64,000 nt of DNA, taken from NCBI GenBank assembly GCA_965228475.1, contig OZ245817.1:672001-736000 (forward strand), read 5' to 3'. The position numbers and the translations under genes were made by a program. The notes beneath the pieces are model-generated. The model was given only the letters and a program-made list of their open reading frames with translations. It was not told where the DNA came from and ran no database searches. Every line of letters begins with the position of its first letter. The stretch's first letter is position 1. Below are positions 40,760 through 50,897 of this stretch, piece after piece. The DNA is from Myxococcota bacterium. GTDB taxonomy: Bacteria; Myxococcota_A; UBA9160; JAFDDA01.

Positions 40760-42262
40760 TTGGCGGAATCCTTTCCGACACCGCCGAGCGACCGCCGTGA
40801 ACGCGCAGGGCGCGGAGCGCGCGGGAGCGAAACGGCCGCGGCCCGGGTGCCGCCGAACGACGTCGCTGCGGAGAAGGCCGTGTTGTCGAGCGTGTTGCTC
40901 GACAACACCGCGCTGAACGCCGTCTATCCCGAGCTGAAGCCCGAGGACTTCTACCACCCGGCGCATCAGCGGCTCTTCACCGCGATGATCGCGCTGTTCG
41001 ATTCGAGCCAGCCCATCGACGTGCTGACGCTTGCGGACTACCTGACCGGGGAGAAGCTGCTCGAGGCGATCGGCGGCGCTTCCTTCCTGGCCGAGATCGC
41101 CGAGTACGAGGCGACCGCGGCCAACGTCGAGCACCACGCGAAGCTCGTGCGCTCGAAGGCGCTGCGGCGCCGGCTGATCGAGACCGCGACGGACATCGTG
41201 CGCACGGGCTACGACTGGACGGGGGGTGGCGAAGAGCTCCTCGAACAGGCCGAGTCGCGCATCTTCGAGCTCTCGCAGAAGCAGTCGTCGTCGAGCTTCC
41301 GCAGCATGCACGACGAGCTGCCCGACACCTTCAACTACGTCGACGAGATCATGCATCGCGCCGGCCAGCTCACGGGCTGCCCGACCGGCTACCACGACCT
41401 CGACGAGATGACGGGCGGTCTGCAGCCCGGCGAGCTGATCATCCTCGCGGCGCGCCCTTCGATGGGGAAGACGGCGCTCGCGCTGAACCTGATGCAGAAC
41501 GCCTCGCTCGAGCACGGCAAGAAGTCGGCGATCTTCTCGCTCGAAATGACCCGCCGCTCCCTCGTGCTGCGCATGCTCGCGAGCGAGGCGCGGATCGACA
41601 TGTCGACGCTCCGGCGGGGCTACCTCGCGCCGGTCGACTACCAGAAGCTCACCACCGCCGCCGGGCGGCTCTCCCACACGGACGTGTGGATCGACGACAG
41701 CGGCACCGTCACCATCCTCGAGATCAAGGCCAAGGCGCGGCGGCTCGCAGCGCAGCAGGGCCTCGACCTGCTCGTGATCGACTATCTCCAGCTCGCCCAC
41801 GGCGACAAGGACGCCGCCTCGCGCAAGGACCTCGAGATCGCGCAGATCAGCCAGGGGCTGAAGGCGCTCGCGAAGGAGCTCGACATCCCGGTGATCGCGC
41901 TCTCGCAGCTGAACCGCGGCCCGGAACAGCGCGACCCGGACAAGCGCCGGCCGAACATGGGCGACCTGCGCGAGTCCGGTGCCATCGAGCAGGACGCCGA
42001 CGTGATCGGCTTCATCTACCGCGACGTCGTCTACAACAAGGACACGGAGGATCCGAACCGGGCCGAGCTGATCATCGCGAAGCAGCGAAACGGCCCGACC
42101 GGCACCGTCGACCTCCACTTCGACGGGCGCTTCGCGCGCTTCTCGAGCCGGGTCCGCCAGGAGGTGGGCGACGACCTGCCCCCGCCCGCGCCGCCGCCAG
42201 GCTACGACGGCCCGGCCGGCGGGGATCTGCCGCCCGCTCCCGAAGACGATCTGGATTTCTAG
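40760..42262 (+). CDS. dnaB: Replicative DNA helicase
   Basis: [56 protein letters not shown]. Confidence 0.98.
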   Translation: MAESFPTPPSDRRERAGRGARGSETAAARVPPNDVAAEKAVLSSVLLDNTALNAVYPELKPEDFYHPAHQRLFTAMIALFDSSQPIDVLTLADYLTGEKLLEAIGGASFLAEIAEYEATAANVEHHAKLVRSKALRRRLIETATDIVRTGYDWTGGGEELLEQAESRIFELSQKQSSSSFRSMHDELPDTFNYVDEIMHRAGQLTGCPTGYHDLDEMTGGLQPGELIILAARPSMGKTALALNLMQNASLEHGKKSAIFSLEMTRRSLVLRMLASEARIDMSTLRRGYLAPVDYQKLTTAAGRLSHTDVWIDDSGTVTILEIKAKARRLAAQQGLDLLVIDYLQLAHGDKDAASRKDLEIAQISQGLKALAKELDIPVIALSQLNRGPEQRDPDKRRPNMGDLRESGAIEQDADVIGFIYRDVVYNKDTEDPNRAELIIAKQRNGPTGTVDLHFDGRFARFSSRVRQEVGDDLPPPAPPPGYDGPAGGDLPPAPEDDLDF

Positions 42263-43195
42263 GTGGCCGGCGTCGCCAAGCCGCACGCACTGCGTCCCGG
42301 CGGGACCGTCGGGCTGGCGGCGCCCGCCGGGCCGGTCGACCCGGAGCGCCTGGCGCGCGGCGTCGCCTGGCTCGAGGACGCGGGCTTCTCGGTCGTGCAG
42401 CGGGACGACCTGGTGGCCCGCCGCGGCTACCTCGCCGGAGACGACGAGCGGCGCGCGAAGGAGCTGATGGAGCTCGTCCGGGACGACCGCGTCGATGCGA
42501 TCCTCTGCACGCGCGGCGGCTACGGCTGCCACCGCATCGTGGCGCGCCTCGACGCCGGGGCGGTGGCCGCGGCCCGCAAACCCCTGGTCGGCTTCAGCGA
42601 CATCACGACCCTCCACCTCTGGCAGCTCCGCCGTGCGGGGCTCGCGAGCATCCACGGGCCGATGCCCGCCCGCGCCGCCGAGGGCGACGAGCCCGAGCGC
42701 GAGCGCCTCGTCCGCATGCTCTGCGGCGACGATGCGGGCGACCGCAGCATGGCCGGCCGGGCCTGCGGCGGCGGCGTGGCCGAGGGCCGCCTGGTGGGCG
42801 GGAACCTCGCCGTGCTCGTGGCGAGCCTCGCGTGCCCCTGGGAGATCGAAACCGAGGGCGCGATCCTGATGATCGAGGACGTCGGCGAGCGCCCCTTCCG
42901 CATCGACCGGCTGCTCGCCCAGCTCGGCGCGGCCGGCAAGCTCTCGGGCCTGGCCGGCGTGGCCGTCGGCGGCTTCGACGGCTGCGAGGACGAGCACTAC
43001 CCGGTGCCCACCGCCTGCGACGTGCTCGAAGAGGCGCTCCGCCCGCTCGGCGTCCCGCTGGTGATGGACTTGCCCTTTGGCCACGGAGAGCGGAACGTTC
43101 CCTGGCCGCACGGCGTACCGGCGCGGATCGACGGGGACGCAGGGACCGTCGAGTGGCTTGAAGCAGCAGTGGAGACGGGAGCCTCGCAGGAATGA
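42263..43195 (+). CDS. LD-carboxypeptidase (S66)
   Basis: RGGYG, GFSDIT (Ser), GGNL, IEDVGE (Glu), FGHG (His). Confidence 0.92.
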   Translation: MAGVAKPHALRPGGTVGLAAPAGPVDPERLARGVAWLEDAGFSVVQRDDLVARRGYLAGDDERRAKELMELVRDDRVDAILCTRGGYGCHRIVARLDAGAVAAARKPLVGFSDITTLHLWQLRRAGLASIHGPMPARAAEGDEPERERLVRMLCGDDAGDRSMAGRACGGGVAEGRLVGGNLAVLVASLACPWEIETEGAILMIEDVGERPFRIDRLLAQLGAAGKLSGLAGVAVGGFDGCEDEHYPVPTACDVLEEALRPLGVPLVMDLPFGHGERNVPWPHGVPARIDGDAGTVEWLEAAVETGASQE

Positions 43196-44352
43196 AGTGG
43201 AGTCTGATCAAGCGCAAGCTCGAACGGGTGGATCGTGCCCTCGCCAAGGCCGTCGAGAAGGGCGAGACCCCGGGCGTGGTCGTGCTGGCCTCGATGCCGC
43301 GGGAGGGCGAGCAGGTCTCCTACGAGGCCGTCTACGGGGACGCCGTCGTGCGCCCGCAGCGGGTCGCCATGCGGCGCGACACGATCTTCGATCTCGCGTC
43401 GCTGACGAAGCCCCTCGCGACCACGGGCGCCGTGCTGCTGCTCGTGCGCGACGGGCTCGTCGACCTCGACGACCCGGTCGCGAAGCACCTGCCCCACTTT
43501 GCGGAGCGCGACAAGGAAGAGGTCACGGTCCGTCACCTGCTCACGCACTCCGCGGGGCTTCGGCCGGTGCGCTTCTTCCACGAGGATCTGCTCGATCGCG
43601 AGCGCAAGAAGGGCGAGCGCTGGATCGGCGAGCCCGCCGCCCGGCCCTGGGTGATCGAGCGCATCTGCAAGTCGAAGCTCGTCCACGAGCCCGGCGAGGC
43701 CGCCGTCTACGGCGACCTCGACTTCATCGTGCTCGGCGCGCTCGTCGAGGCGGTCAGTCAGGAGCGGCTCGACGCGTTCTGCGCGCAGCGCATCTTCGAG
43801 CCGCTCGGCCTCGCCGATACCGGCTTCGGGAGCGTCGGACGCACCGGCCCGGAGGGCGCAGACCCGAAGTGGCTCGCGCGCACCGCGGCGACCGAGCAGT
43901 GCGAGTGGCGCGGCCGGATCCTCCGCGGCGAAGTCCACGACCCGAACGCCTCGGTGCTCGGCGGCGTCGCGGGGCACGCGGGCCTGTTCGGTACGGCCGA
44001 CGACGTCGTCACCCTGGCCAAGGCCTGGCTCGACGCCTGGCACGGCCGCGAGAGCCTCTTTCCGCAGGAGCTCGTCCGTACCTTCTTCACCCGCCAGGAG
44101 CTGCCGCCGGGCTCGGACTGGGCGCTCGGCTGGGACACGCCGACGGAAGGGCAGTCCTCCTCGGGCCGCCACTTCGGCAAGCACTCCGTCGGCCACCTCG
44201 GCTTCACCGGCACGTCGCTCTGGATGGACCTCGAGCGCGAGCTCGTCGTCGTGATCCTCGCGAACCGCATCCATCCCCTGGTCCGCCGCGCCCGCTTCGG
44301 GCTCCGGCCGCTCGTCCACGACCTGCTCGTGGAGGGGATGACCGCGGAGTGA
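43192..44352 (+). CDS. Serine hydrolase, beta-lactamase class C-like family
   Basis: FDLASLTK (SxxK), LLTHSAG, GEVHDPNA, GHAGLF, GHLGFTGTS. Confidence 0.9.
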   Translation: MKWSLIKRKLERVDRALAKAVEKGETPGVVVLASMPREGEQVSYEAVYGDAVVRPQRVAMRRDTIFDLASLTKPLATTGAVLLLVRDGLVDLDDPVAKHLPHFAERDKEEVTVRHLLTHSAGLRPVRFFHEDLLDRERKKGERWIGEPAARPWVIERICKSKLVHEPGEAAVYGDLDFIVLGALVEAVSQERLDAFCAQRIFEPLGLADTGFGSVGRTGPEGADPKWLARTAATEQCEWRGRILRGEVHDPNASVLGGVAGHAGLFGTADDVVTLAKAWLDAWHGRESLFPQELVRTFFTRQELPPGSDWALGWDTPTEGQSSSGRHFGKHSVGHLGFTGTSLWMDLERELVVVILANRIHPLVRRARFGLRPLVHDLLVEGMTAE

Positions 44353-45779
44353 GCGTGGCGGCGCGCGGCGAGCACATCCACTTCATCGCCATCGCCGGCA
44401 CGGGGATGGGCGCGCTGGCCGGGCTCCTGCGCGAGCGGGGCCACCGCGTGACGGGCTCCGACGAGGGTGTCTATCCGCCGATGAGCACGGCCCTCGAGAA
44501 GTGGGGCATCCCGGTCCATGAGGGGTTCTCCGCGGAGCACGTCGCCGGCCCGCGGCCCGATCGCGTCGTGATCGGCAACGTCGTGCGGCGCGAGAACCCC
44601 GAAGCGCGCGCGGCCATCGACGGCGGCATCCCGTATCTCTCCTTTCCCGATGCGCTCCACGAGTACGCGATCCGCGGGAAGCACTCGGTGGTCGTCTCGG
44701 GGACCCACGGAAAGACGACGACGACCTCGCTGCTCGCCGCGCTGCTGCTCGAGACCGGGCAGGATCCGTCCGTGCTCGTGGGCGGGATCGCCGCGAACCT
44801 CGACGGCAGTTTTCGCGACGGGGGCGGGCCGCACTTCCTGGTCGAAGGCGACGAGTACGACACCGCCTTCTTCGACAAGACCCCGAAGTTCCTCCACTAC
44901 GGCGCCCGCACCGCGATCCTGACCTCGGTGGAGTTCGATCACGCGGACATCTACCGCGACCTCGACCACGTGAAGTCGGAGTTCCGCAAGTTCGTTGCGT
45001 CCCTGCCCGAGGACGGCGCGCTCATCGCGAACTTCGACGATGCGAACGTGCGCGACGTCGTCACCGGCGCTGCGTGCCGGGTCTACGGCTACGGGCTCGA
45101 CGTGCACGAAGGCGCCTGGCACGCGGCCCTCGGCGAGGTCGGGCCGGAAGGCCAGGCCCTCGCGATCACGCTTCCCGGCGGGGTGCAGGTCGAGGCGTCC
45201 CTGCCGTTCCCGGGCCGCCACAACGCGGCCAACGCGCTGGCGGCCATCGCCTGCGCCGCGGAGCTCGGGATCCCGGCGGACGAGGCCGCGACCGCGCTGG
45301 CGGCCTATCGCGGCGTGAAGCGCCGGCAGGAGCTGCGCGGCGAGCCGCGCGGGATCGCCGTCCTCGACGACTTCGCGCACCACCCGACGGCCGTCCGCGA
45401 GACCCTCGCGGCGGTGAAGTCGCAGTACGCCGGCCGGCGGCTCGTCGCGATCTTCGAGCCGCGCAGCAACACCAGCCGGCGGGCCGTCTTCCAGGACGCC
45501 TACGCCGAAGCCTTCGACGCGGCAGACCGCGTGCTCATCGCCGAGGTTCCGGACACGCCGATCTACTCGAACACGGGCGAGGTCACCGAGCGCCTCTCCT
45601 CGGAGCGGCTGGCCGAAGCGCTGCGCGCCCGGGGAACCGACGCCACGTGTCCCGGCGCGGCCGATGCCATCCTCGCGGACCTGCTCGAAGCGAGCCGCCC
45701 GGGCGACGTCCTGCTCGTCATGAGCAACGGCAGCTTCGACGGGCTCTGCGCCCGTCTCGTCGAAGGCCTCGCGGCCTAG
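44349..45779 (+). CDS. mpl: Murein tripeptide ligase Mpl (UDP-MurNAc:L-Ala-gamma-D-Glu-mDAP ligase)
   Basis: IAGTGMGALA, YPPMST, GTHGKTTT, EGDEYDTAFFDK, EFDHADIY, DDFAHHPTA, FEPRSNT, MSNGSF. Confidence 0.93.
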   Translation: MSVAARGEHIHFIAIAGTGMGALAGLLRERGHRVTGSDEGVYPPMSTALEKWGIPVHEGFSAEHVAGPRPDRVVIGNVVRRENPEARAAIDGGIPYLSFPDALHEYAIRGKHSVVVSGTHGKTTTTSLLAALLLETGQDPSVLVGGIAANLDGSFRDGGGPHFLVEGDEYDTAFFDKTPKFLHYGARTAILTSVEFDHADIYRDLDHVKSEFRKFVASLPEDGALIANFDDANVRDVVTGAACRVYGYGLDVHEGAWHAALGEVGPEGQALAITLPGGVQVEASLPFPGRHNAANALAAIACAAELGIPADEAATALAAYRGVKRRQELRGEPRGIAVLDDFAHHPTAVRETLAAVKSQYAGRRLVAIFEPRSNTSRRAVFQDAYAEAFDAADRVLIAEVPDTPIYSNTGEVTERLSSERLAEALRARGTDATCPGAADAILADLLEASRPGDVLLVMSNGSFDGLCARLVEGLAA

Positions 45780-45798
45780 CGACTCCGCAGCGAGCGGC

Positions 45799-46344
45799 TC
45801 ACGCCCGGCGCCGGGCGAACCCCCCGAGGCCGAGCAGCGCGAGGGTCGGCAGCCAGATCACCACGAACTCGTTGGCGAGGATGCGGAGGGCCGGGCCGGC
45901 GAAGAAGGCGGCCACGCCGGACGCCGAGGTCGCGATCGGCGAGGTCGAAAGCGGTCGCCAGGGCGCGAAGAAGCGAGCGTCGTCGAAGGGCAGGAAGAAG
46001 CCGACGCCGAGCCCGGCGTCCGTCATCGCGTCGAGCAGGCCGTGGGAGGCCGTCGCGCACGCGAGGAGCGCGGCGGTGGCGAACCAGCTTCGCCCCCTCG
46101 GCCGCGGGACCAGCCAGGTGGCGACGAGCGCACCCAGCGCGGCCGCGAATGCCAGCGAGTGCGTCGCGCCCCGGTGACCGAGCGGGTGCTCGTAGGGGAT
46201 CCCGAGCGCGAAGGCCGCGACGTCGACGTCCGGCAGGGCGGCGCAGGCTGCGGCGGCGATGGCGAGCCTCCGCTTCGGTACCCCCGGCGAGCCGATGCGC
46301 GCGAGCGCGGCACCGAGAAAGGCATGGGTGAAGACCGTCGCCAC
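45799..46344 (-). CDS. Metal-dependent hydrolase (YdjM/YbcI family)
   Basis: TH, LPDVD, GHRGATHS, SHGLLDAMT. Confidence 0.88.
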   Translation of the reverse strand: MATVFTHAFLGAALARIGSPGVPKRRLAIAAAACAALPDVDVAAFALGIPYEHPLGHRGATHSLAFAAALGALVATWLVPRPRGRSWFATAALLACATASHGLLDAMTDAGLGVGFFLPFDDARFFAPWRPLSTSPIATSASGVAAFFAGPALRILANEFVVIWLPTLALLGLGGFARRRA

Positions 46345-46356
46345 GGGGTGGGGCGC

Positions 46357-47226
46357 TCACGGCCGTCCCAGGTGCCGCGCGAAGAAGGCGAGCACGCGCG
46401 CTTCGTACGCGGCCGGGGCGTGGGCGTGGAAGTTCTCGTGCCGGGCGTTCGGCAGGACCCAGAGCTCCTTGGGCTCCGGCGCCGCCGCGAACAGGGCCCG
46501 CGACTCCCCGAGGGTCGTTCGCCGGTCGGCGCCGCCCGCGATCAACAGGATCGGCGCGCGAGCCCCGGCGATCGTCTCGACCGGGTTCAGGGCGTGTGGG
46601 TCGAATCCGAGGCGAGGTGCGGCGGGGAGGAGAAGAAGGCGGGTGGCCAGCGGGGCGACCGTCCGGCCGAGCCGGAGGGCGATGCGGTTCTCGACGGCGG
46701 AGACGAGCTCCGGGTAGACGGCCTCGAGCACGAGGGCGGAGACGTCGAGGGGCTCCGGTCCGAGCAGCGCGGCGGCCCCGGCGAGGGACGGGCCGATGAA
46801 TCCGATCGGCGCCGCGGGGCGGCCCTCCCGGACGAAGGCGACGACGGCCGCGGCGTCGCGCGCCTCGAGCCAGCCGAAGCTCATGCGATCGCCCGAACTC
46901 TCCCCGTGGGCCCGCGCGTCGTAGAGCAGGACGCCGTACCCCGCCCGCGCGAGGAAGAGGGCGCGCCCGAGGAGCTGGCGGCGGGAGCCCCGGACGCCGT
47001 GGGAGAGCACGACGGTCGGTGCGCCCGCCGCGGCCGGCGCGAACCACGCCGCGAGTTCCACGCCGCCGTCTCCCGGAATCCGGACGTCGCGCGCTCCGAG
47101 CTCGGGCGGAGGCGGGCCGGCCTCGGCGGGCACGGGCGCGCTCAGCCAGGACCCGGCCACCCACGCTGCCGCGAGCGCGGCCAGGGCCGCGGCCGCGAGG
47201 GCCGCCCCGGCCAGCCGTGCGGTCAT
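46357..47226 (-). CDS. Alpha/beta hydrolase
   Basis: N-terminal TM, HG, D.RAHGES, GPSLAG nucleophile elbow, Asp/His near C-terminus. Confidence 0.88.
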   Translation of the reverse strand: MTARLAGAALAAAALAALAAAWVAGSWLSAPVPAEAGPPPPELGARDVRIPGDGGVELAAWFAPAAAGAPTVVLSHGVRGSRRQLLGRALFLARAGYGVLLYDARAHGESSGDRMSFGWLEARDAAAVVAFVREGRPAAPIGFIGPSLAGAAALLGPEPLDVSALVLEAVYPELVSAVENRIALRLGRTVAPLATRLLLLPAAPRLGFDPHALNPVETIAGARAPILLIAGGADRRTTLGESRALFAAAPEPKELWVLPNARHENFHAHAPAAYEARVLAFFARHLGRP

Positions 47227-47277
47227 GAAGTCGTCATCGGCGCGCTCCTTCGCCGTCGAAGATCGCTGCGAAAGCTA

Positions 47278-47742
47278 TCACTCCGGCGGGGGCGGGTCCG
47301 CGATTGCTCGCCGCAGGTAGAGGTCGCCGTCCCTTCGCTCGTACGGGCGGAAGCCGTGTCGCTGGTAGAACGCGACGACCTCGCTCCAGGTCTCGGTGGT
47401 CTCGAGCATGGCCGTCCGAAAGCCGCGGCGGTGAGCGACGCCGAGGAGGTGGTCGAGCATCCGGGAGCCCAGCCCCTGGCGCCGCAGCCCTCGGGCGACC
47501 GACATGCGGTGGATCTGGACGGTCTCGGACGATACGGGAAGGAATGCGCCGGTGCCGACGAGGGCTTCGCCCTCGAAGGCGCAGGCGAAGTAGCCGGCGG
47601 CGTAGCTCCGGGCGATTTCCCGGAGGTCGGGGTTCAGGCTCTCGTCGATCGAGCCCCAGTGCTCGCCAAGCCCTTCGAGCACGAGCGCGCGCGCGGCAGC
47701 CTAATCGGCTGCCGCGAACGCTCGGAACGTGATCGGGGAGTC
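47278..47742 (-). pseudogene. GNAT acetyltransferase with in-frame amber stop near the 5' end
   Basis: Reading frame SPITFRAFAAAD*AAARALVLEGLGEHWG...RMSV..LRRQGLG...FYQRHGF; TAG at 47703-47701. The intact portion from the GTG at 47682 lacks the first GNAT strand. Confidence 0.6.
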
Positions 47743-47764
47743 GGCCGGCGTCGCTGCGCCCCGC

Positions 47765-50700
47765 TCAGGCGCGGCGCCGACGGCGCAGGGCATGGGCCAG
47801 GCCGAGCAGGGCGAGCCCCTCGGCGCCCAGGAGACCGCAGGCCGCGCCAACCTCGTTGTCGTCGGACGCGTCGGTGCAGTCCAGGTCCGCGAGGTCGGTG
47901 GCGCCGTCGTTGTCCGTGTCGAAGCCGTCGTTGCACTCCGGGTTCTCGATGTTCGGCGTGCCGCCGCCGGTGCAGCCCGGGTCGGCCGCGTCGATCGTGC
48001 CGTCGCCGTCGTCGTCGATGCCGTTGCTGCAGGCGCCGACGATCGAGCCCGGGTTGCCCGGGTCCGTGCCCGCATCCCGCTCGTCGCCATCGAGCACGCC
48101 GTCTTCGTCGCGGTCGATGCCCACGCGCTGGCCCGAGCCCGGCGGGACGCAGGTGTAGGTGAGCTCCTGCCCGGCCGTCGCTGCCTGTGCGCGAAGGCCC
48201 GCATCGGTGATGGTCTCGCCCGCGCGGTCGCTCTGGAAGCTCCCGGCCAGGGGCTGCCAGAGCCAGCCGCGCGCTTCGCCCGCGACCTGGCCCTTCACCA
48301 CGAGGTCGCACTCGGTGACCGTGCCGCCGAGGACGAGCGAGTCGAAGGCCGCGCCGGCCCGCTGGATCAGCAGGTCGATGCGGCCGTTCACGTCCGCGCT
48401 GCCCGCGCCGGCCAGGGTGACCTGCTGCCCGACGATGGGCGCCAGGTCGGTCGGGAATTCGAGCGCGAGCTGTTCGAGCTCGTCTTCCTGCGCGGGCGAG
48501 AGCGAGAAGACCGGCGAAGACAGGAAGGTCGTGACGGTGTCGATGCTGCCGTCGTGGAGGAAGCCGAAGCCCCGCACCTGGTCGCCGAGGTGCGCGCCGC
48601 CGCCGGACGTCCCGAACATGCCGACCTTCTGATAGGTGTTGCGCATGTGCGGGACCTTGAAGGTCTCGGGCAGCCCCTCGACGCTCTGGAATCCGCCGCT
48701 CCCGAAGAAGCCCTGGGACGGATCCGTCACGTGGCAGCCGTTGCAGTTGAGGATCAGGTCCGTGATCGGCCCGAAGAAGGTCGAGTTGCCGGCCTGGGCC
48801 GCGGCGCTCAGGGAGTTGTCGAGGGCGCGGATCGGGTTCGGGGGCAGCTGGACCTGGAGGATGAAGTCCGTGAAGGCCTGCATCTCGAGGGCCGTCGGCA
48901 GATGCTCGCGCCCGACGAGGCCCTCGAACGCCACGATGAAGTTGTTGAAGGAGAGCTCTTCGCTGCACGGCGCGCCGGTCGGCTCGGTGCACGGGTCGAG
49001 GCCGAAGAAGCCGTCCACGCGGTCGCCGCGCCAGTGCAGGGCGCCGTGGGTGGACATGCCCCGCAGCGTCTGGGTCGTCATCGGGCCCTTCATCGGGTGG
49101 AGGGTCGAGCCCGGGAGCACGCCGGGCTGGGTGTTCTGGCTGACGGCGCCGTCCGGGTCGCCGAGGTTCCAGGCGAGGCTGTCGAAGTCCGCGAAGATGT
49201 GACAGCTCGAGCAGGACGCTTCGCCGTTGCCGGAGGAGAAGTCCGCGTCGTAGAGGAACGGGCGTCCGGCCACGAGCGAATCGGGCTCCGGGTTGTGCAG
49301 CGGGATCCGGTTCGTCTCGCTCCCGCTGCCGAGGTCGATCACCGCGACCGAGTTGTCGAAGCGGGTGAGGACGTAGAGGCGGTCGTTCGCTTCGTCGAGG
49401 GCCAGGCCGGCGGGGCCGCCCGGGACGTCGAGGTACTGGCTGCTCTCGGTGGTCGGGTCGAAGTTCGTCTCGAAGGCGGGGTCTTCCACGTCGCTCGTGT
49501 CGAACACGCCCACCTTGCCCGAGCCGAAGGCCGCCACGTAGAGCGTGGCGCCGTCCGAAGAGACCACCGGCTGGAGCGGCGTCGCGAGGCTGTGGAGCTT
49601 CTGGGTCGGGTCGACGAGGTCCGGCACGTCCGTGTGGAGCCGCGAGTAGTCGATGTGCTGATTCAGGTGCTGCGGGTCGACGCCGCCGGTGCTCGGGTCG
49701 AGCACGGTGATGCGCGATTCCGAGAGGTGGCCCTGGACGGTGCTCCCGCCGTGGACGCCCGGGCCCTCGAAGCGCACGTGGTTCGGGAGCTCGGTGTTCG
49801 TGACGTAGACCTTCCCGTTCACCGGGTTCACGGCCATGTTGAACAGGATCGTGCCGACGTGGTCGTACTCGGGGACCGGCTGCGGCGCGAGCGTCGAGGC
49901 GTCGATCGCGAAGACGTCATGGTCCGGCAGGTCGAGGTTCACGACGGCGCTCCAGTCGCGGCCGACGGCGTCCCGCCAGGCGGCGCCGTCGAACTTCACG
50001 ATCACGCCGCTCTCGGGGGCCGCGTCGCCGGCGGCATTGTCGTCGGGGCCCGGCACGCCGCCGGGCGCTCCGCCCGAGGGGCCGGCCGAGTCGAAGCCGT
50101 TCGGGACGACGCTCTCCGTGATCGCCGTGGTCTGGTTCCCGGAGTGGAAGGCGCCGACGTAGACGGCGTTGCCGTCGGCGCTCACGGCCAGTGCCCGGGG
50201 CGTGTCGGCGAAGAAGGTCAGGATCTCGACCGGCGTGCCGCCGAGGGTCGAGCCGAGGGCGCCCGCGTCGAACACCCAGACGTCCGCGCGTCCGATGCCT
50301 TCGGTGGTGAGCTGGGGGTCGCCGGCGCCGGGCACGGCGCTGATGGAGCCGTGTTCGCGGTGCTGGCCGCGGTGGGCGGTGGTGATGAAGGCGCGGTCGC
50401 CGCCCGGGTTCGCGAACACGATGTCGCGCGGCTCGTCGCCGACCAGGAGCGTCCGAACCACGCGCCGCGAGGGGATGTCCACGATGCTCACGCTGTCCGA
50501 GAGGTGGTTCACCACCCAGACCTCGGTGGCCGAGCGCGCGGCCACCGCCACCGGCTCCATGCCGACGGCCACGGAGAAGAGGTGGGAGATCCCGCTCCCG
50601 CCCACCGTGAAGACCTCGAGCGCGTTGTCCGGCGTGTTGGCGACGAAGAGGAGCTCGCCGCCCGGCGAGAGCGCGACCGGCCGGACGGGTCCGGACTCGA

Positions 50701-50791
50701 AGGCGACGAAGGAGGTCTGCGCCTCGCTTCCGGCAGACGAGAGGACGGCGAGGGAAAGAGAGGCCAGGAGAGCCAGGCGGAGCGAGCGCAT
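47765..50791 (-). CDS. Secreted YncE-like beta-propeller + diheme cytochrome c protein with Asp/Cys repeats and C-terminal anchor
   Basis: Signal peptide, YVTN-type blades (VGMEP, VGDEP, VYVTNTE), CSSCH and CNGCH heme motifs, C.NGIDDDGDG..D..DPGC repeats, ends CGLLGAE-hydrophobic-RRRRR. Confidence 0.85.
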   Translation of the reverse strand: MRSLRLALLASLSLAVLSSAGSEAQTSFVAFESGPVRPVALSPGGELLFVANTPDNALEVFTVGGSGISHLFSVAVGMEPVAVAARSATEVWVVNHLSDSVSIVDIPSRRVVRTLLVGDEPRDIVFANPGGDRAFITTAHRGQHREHGSISAVPGAGDPQLTTEGIGRADVWVFDAGALGSTLGGTPVEILTFFADTPRALAVSADGNAVYVGAFHSGNQTTAITESVVPNGFDSAGPSGGAPGGVPGPDDNAAGDAAPESGVIVKFDGAAWRDAVGRDWSAVVNLDLPDHDVFAIDASTLAPQPVPEYDHVGTILFNMAVNPVNGKVYVTNTELPNHVRFEGPGVHGGSTVQGHLSESRITVLDPSTGGVDPQHLNQHIDYSRLHTDVPDLVDPTQKLHSLATPLQPVVSSDGATLYVAAFGSGKVGVFDTSDVEDPAFETNFDPTTESSQYLDVPGGPAGLALDEANDRLYVLTRFDNSVAVIDLGSGSETNRIPLHNPEPDSLVAGRPFLYDADFSSGNGEASCSSCHIFADFDSLAWNLGDPDGAVSQNTQPGVLPGSTLHPMKGPMTTQTLRGMSTHGALHWRGDRVDGFFGLDPCTEPTGAPCSEELSFNNFIVAFEGLVGREHLPTALEMQAFTDFILQVQLPPNPIRALDNSLSAAAQAGNSTFFGPITDLILNCNGCHVTDPSQGFFGSGGFQSVEGLPETFKVPHMRNTYQKVGMFGTSGGGAHLGDQVRGFGFLHDGSIDTVTTFLSSPVFSLSPAQEDELEQLALEFPTDLAPIVGQQVTLAGAGSADVNGRIDLLIQRAGAAFDSLVLGGTVTECDLVVKGQVAGEARGWLWQPLAGSFQSDRAGETITDAGLRAQAATAGQELTYTCVPPGSGQRVGIDRDEDGVLDGDERDAGTDPGNPGSIVGACSNGIDDDGDGTIDAADPGCTGGGTPNIENPECNDGFDTDNDGATDLADLDCTDASDDNEVGAACGLLGAEGLALLGLAHALRRRRRA

Positions 50792-50897
50792 TCGGAACCT
50801 CGGAAGGGTGGGCGGATGTGCCCGAAGGGAGACGAAGCCGAATTCTCTCACCTGCCAAGGCCGGTTGGCAAGCCTCGGCCCGGCAGCCGGAGAGGCC

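Noticed and set aside
43077..44348. 900-aa ORF suggesting an extended Mpl
   Set aside because: Shadow frame over the serine hydrolase; Mpl homology starts at 44349.
47701..47703. Pyrrolysine or stop-codon reassignment at the GNAT amber codon
   Set aside because: TAG is the normal terminator of many genes here (dop, pup, prcB, prcA, pafA, alaS), and no pyl genes are seen.
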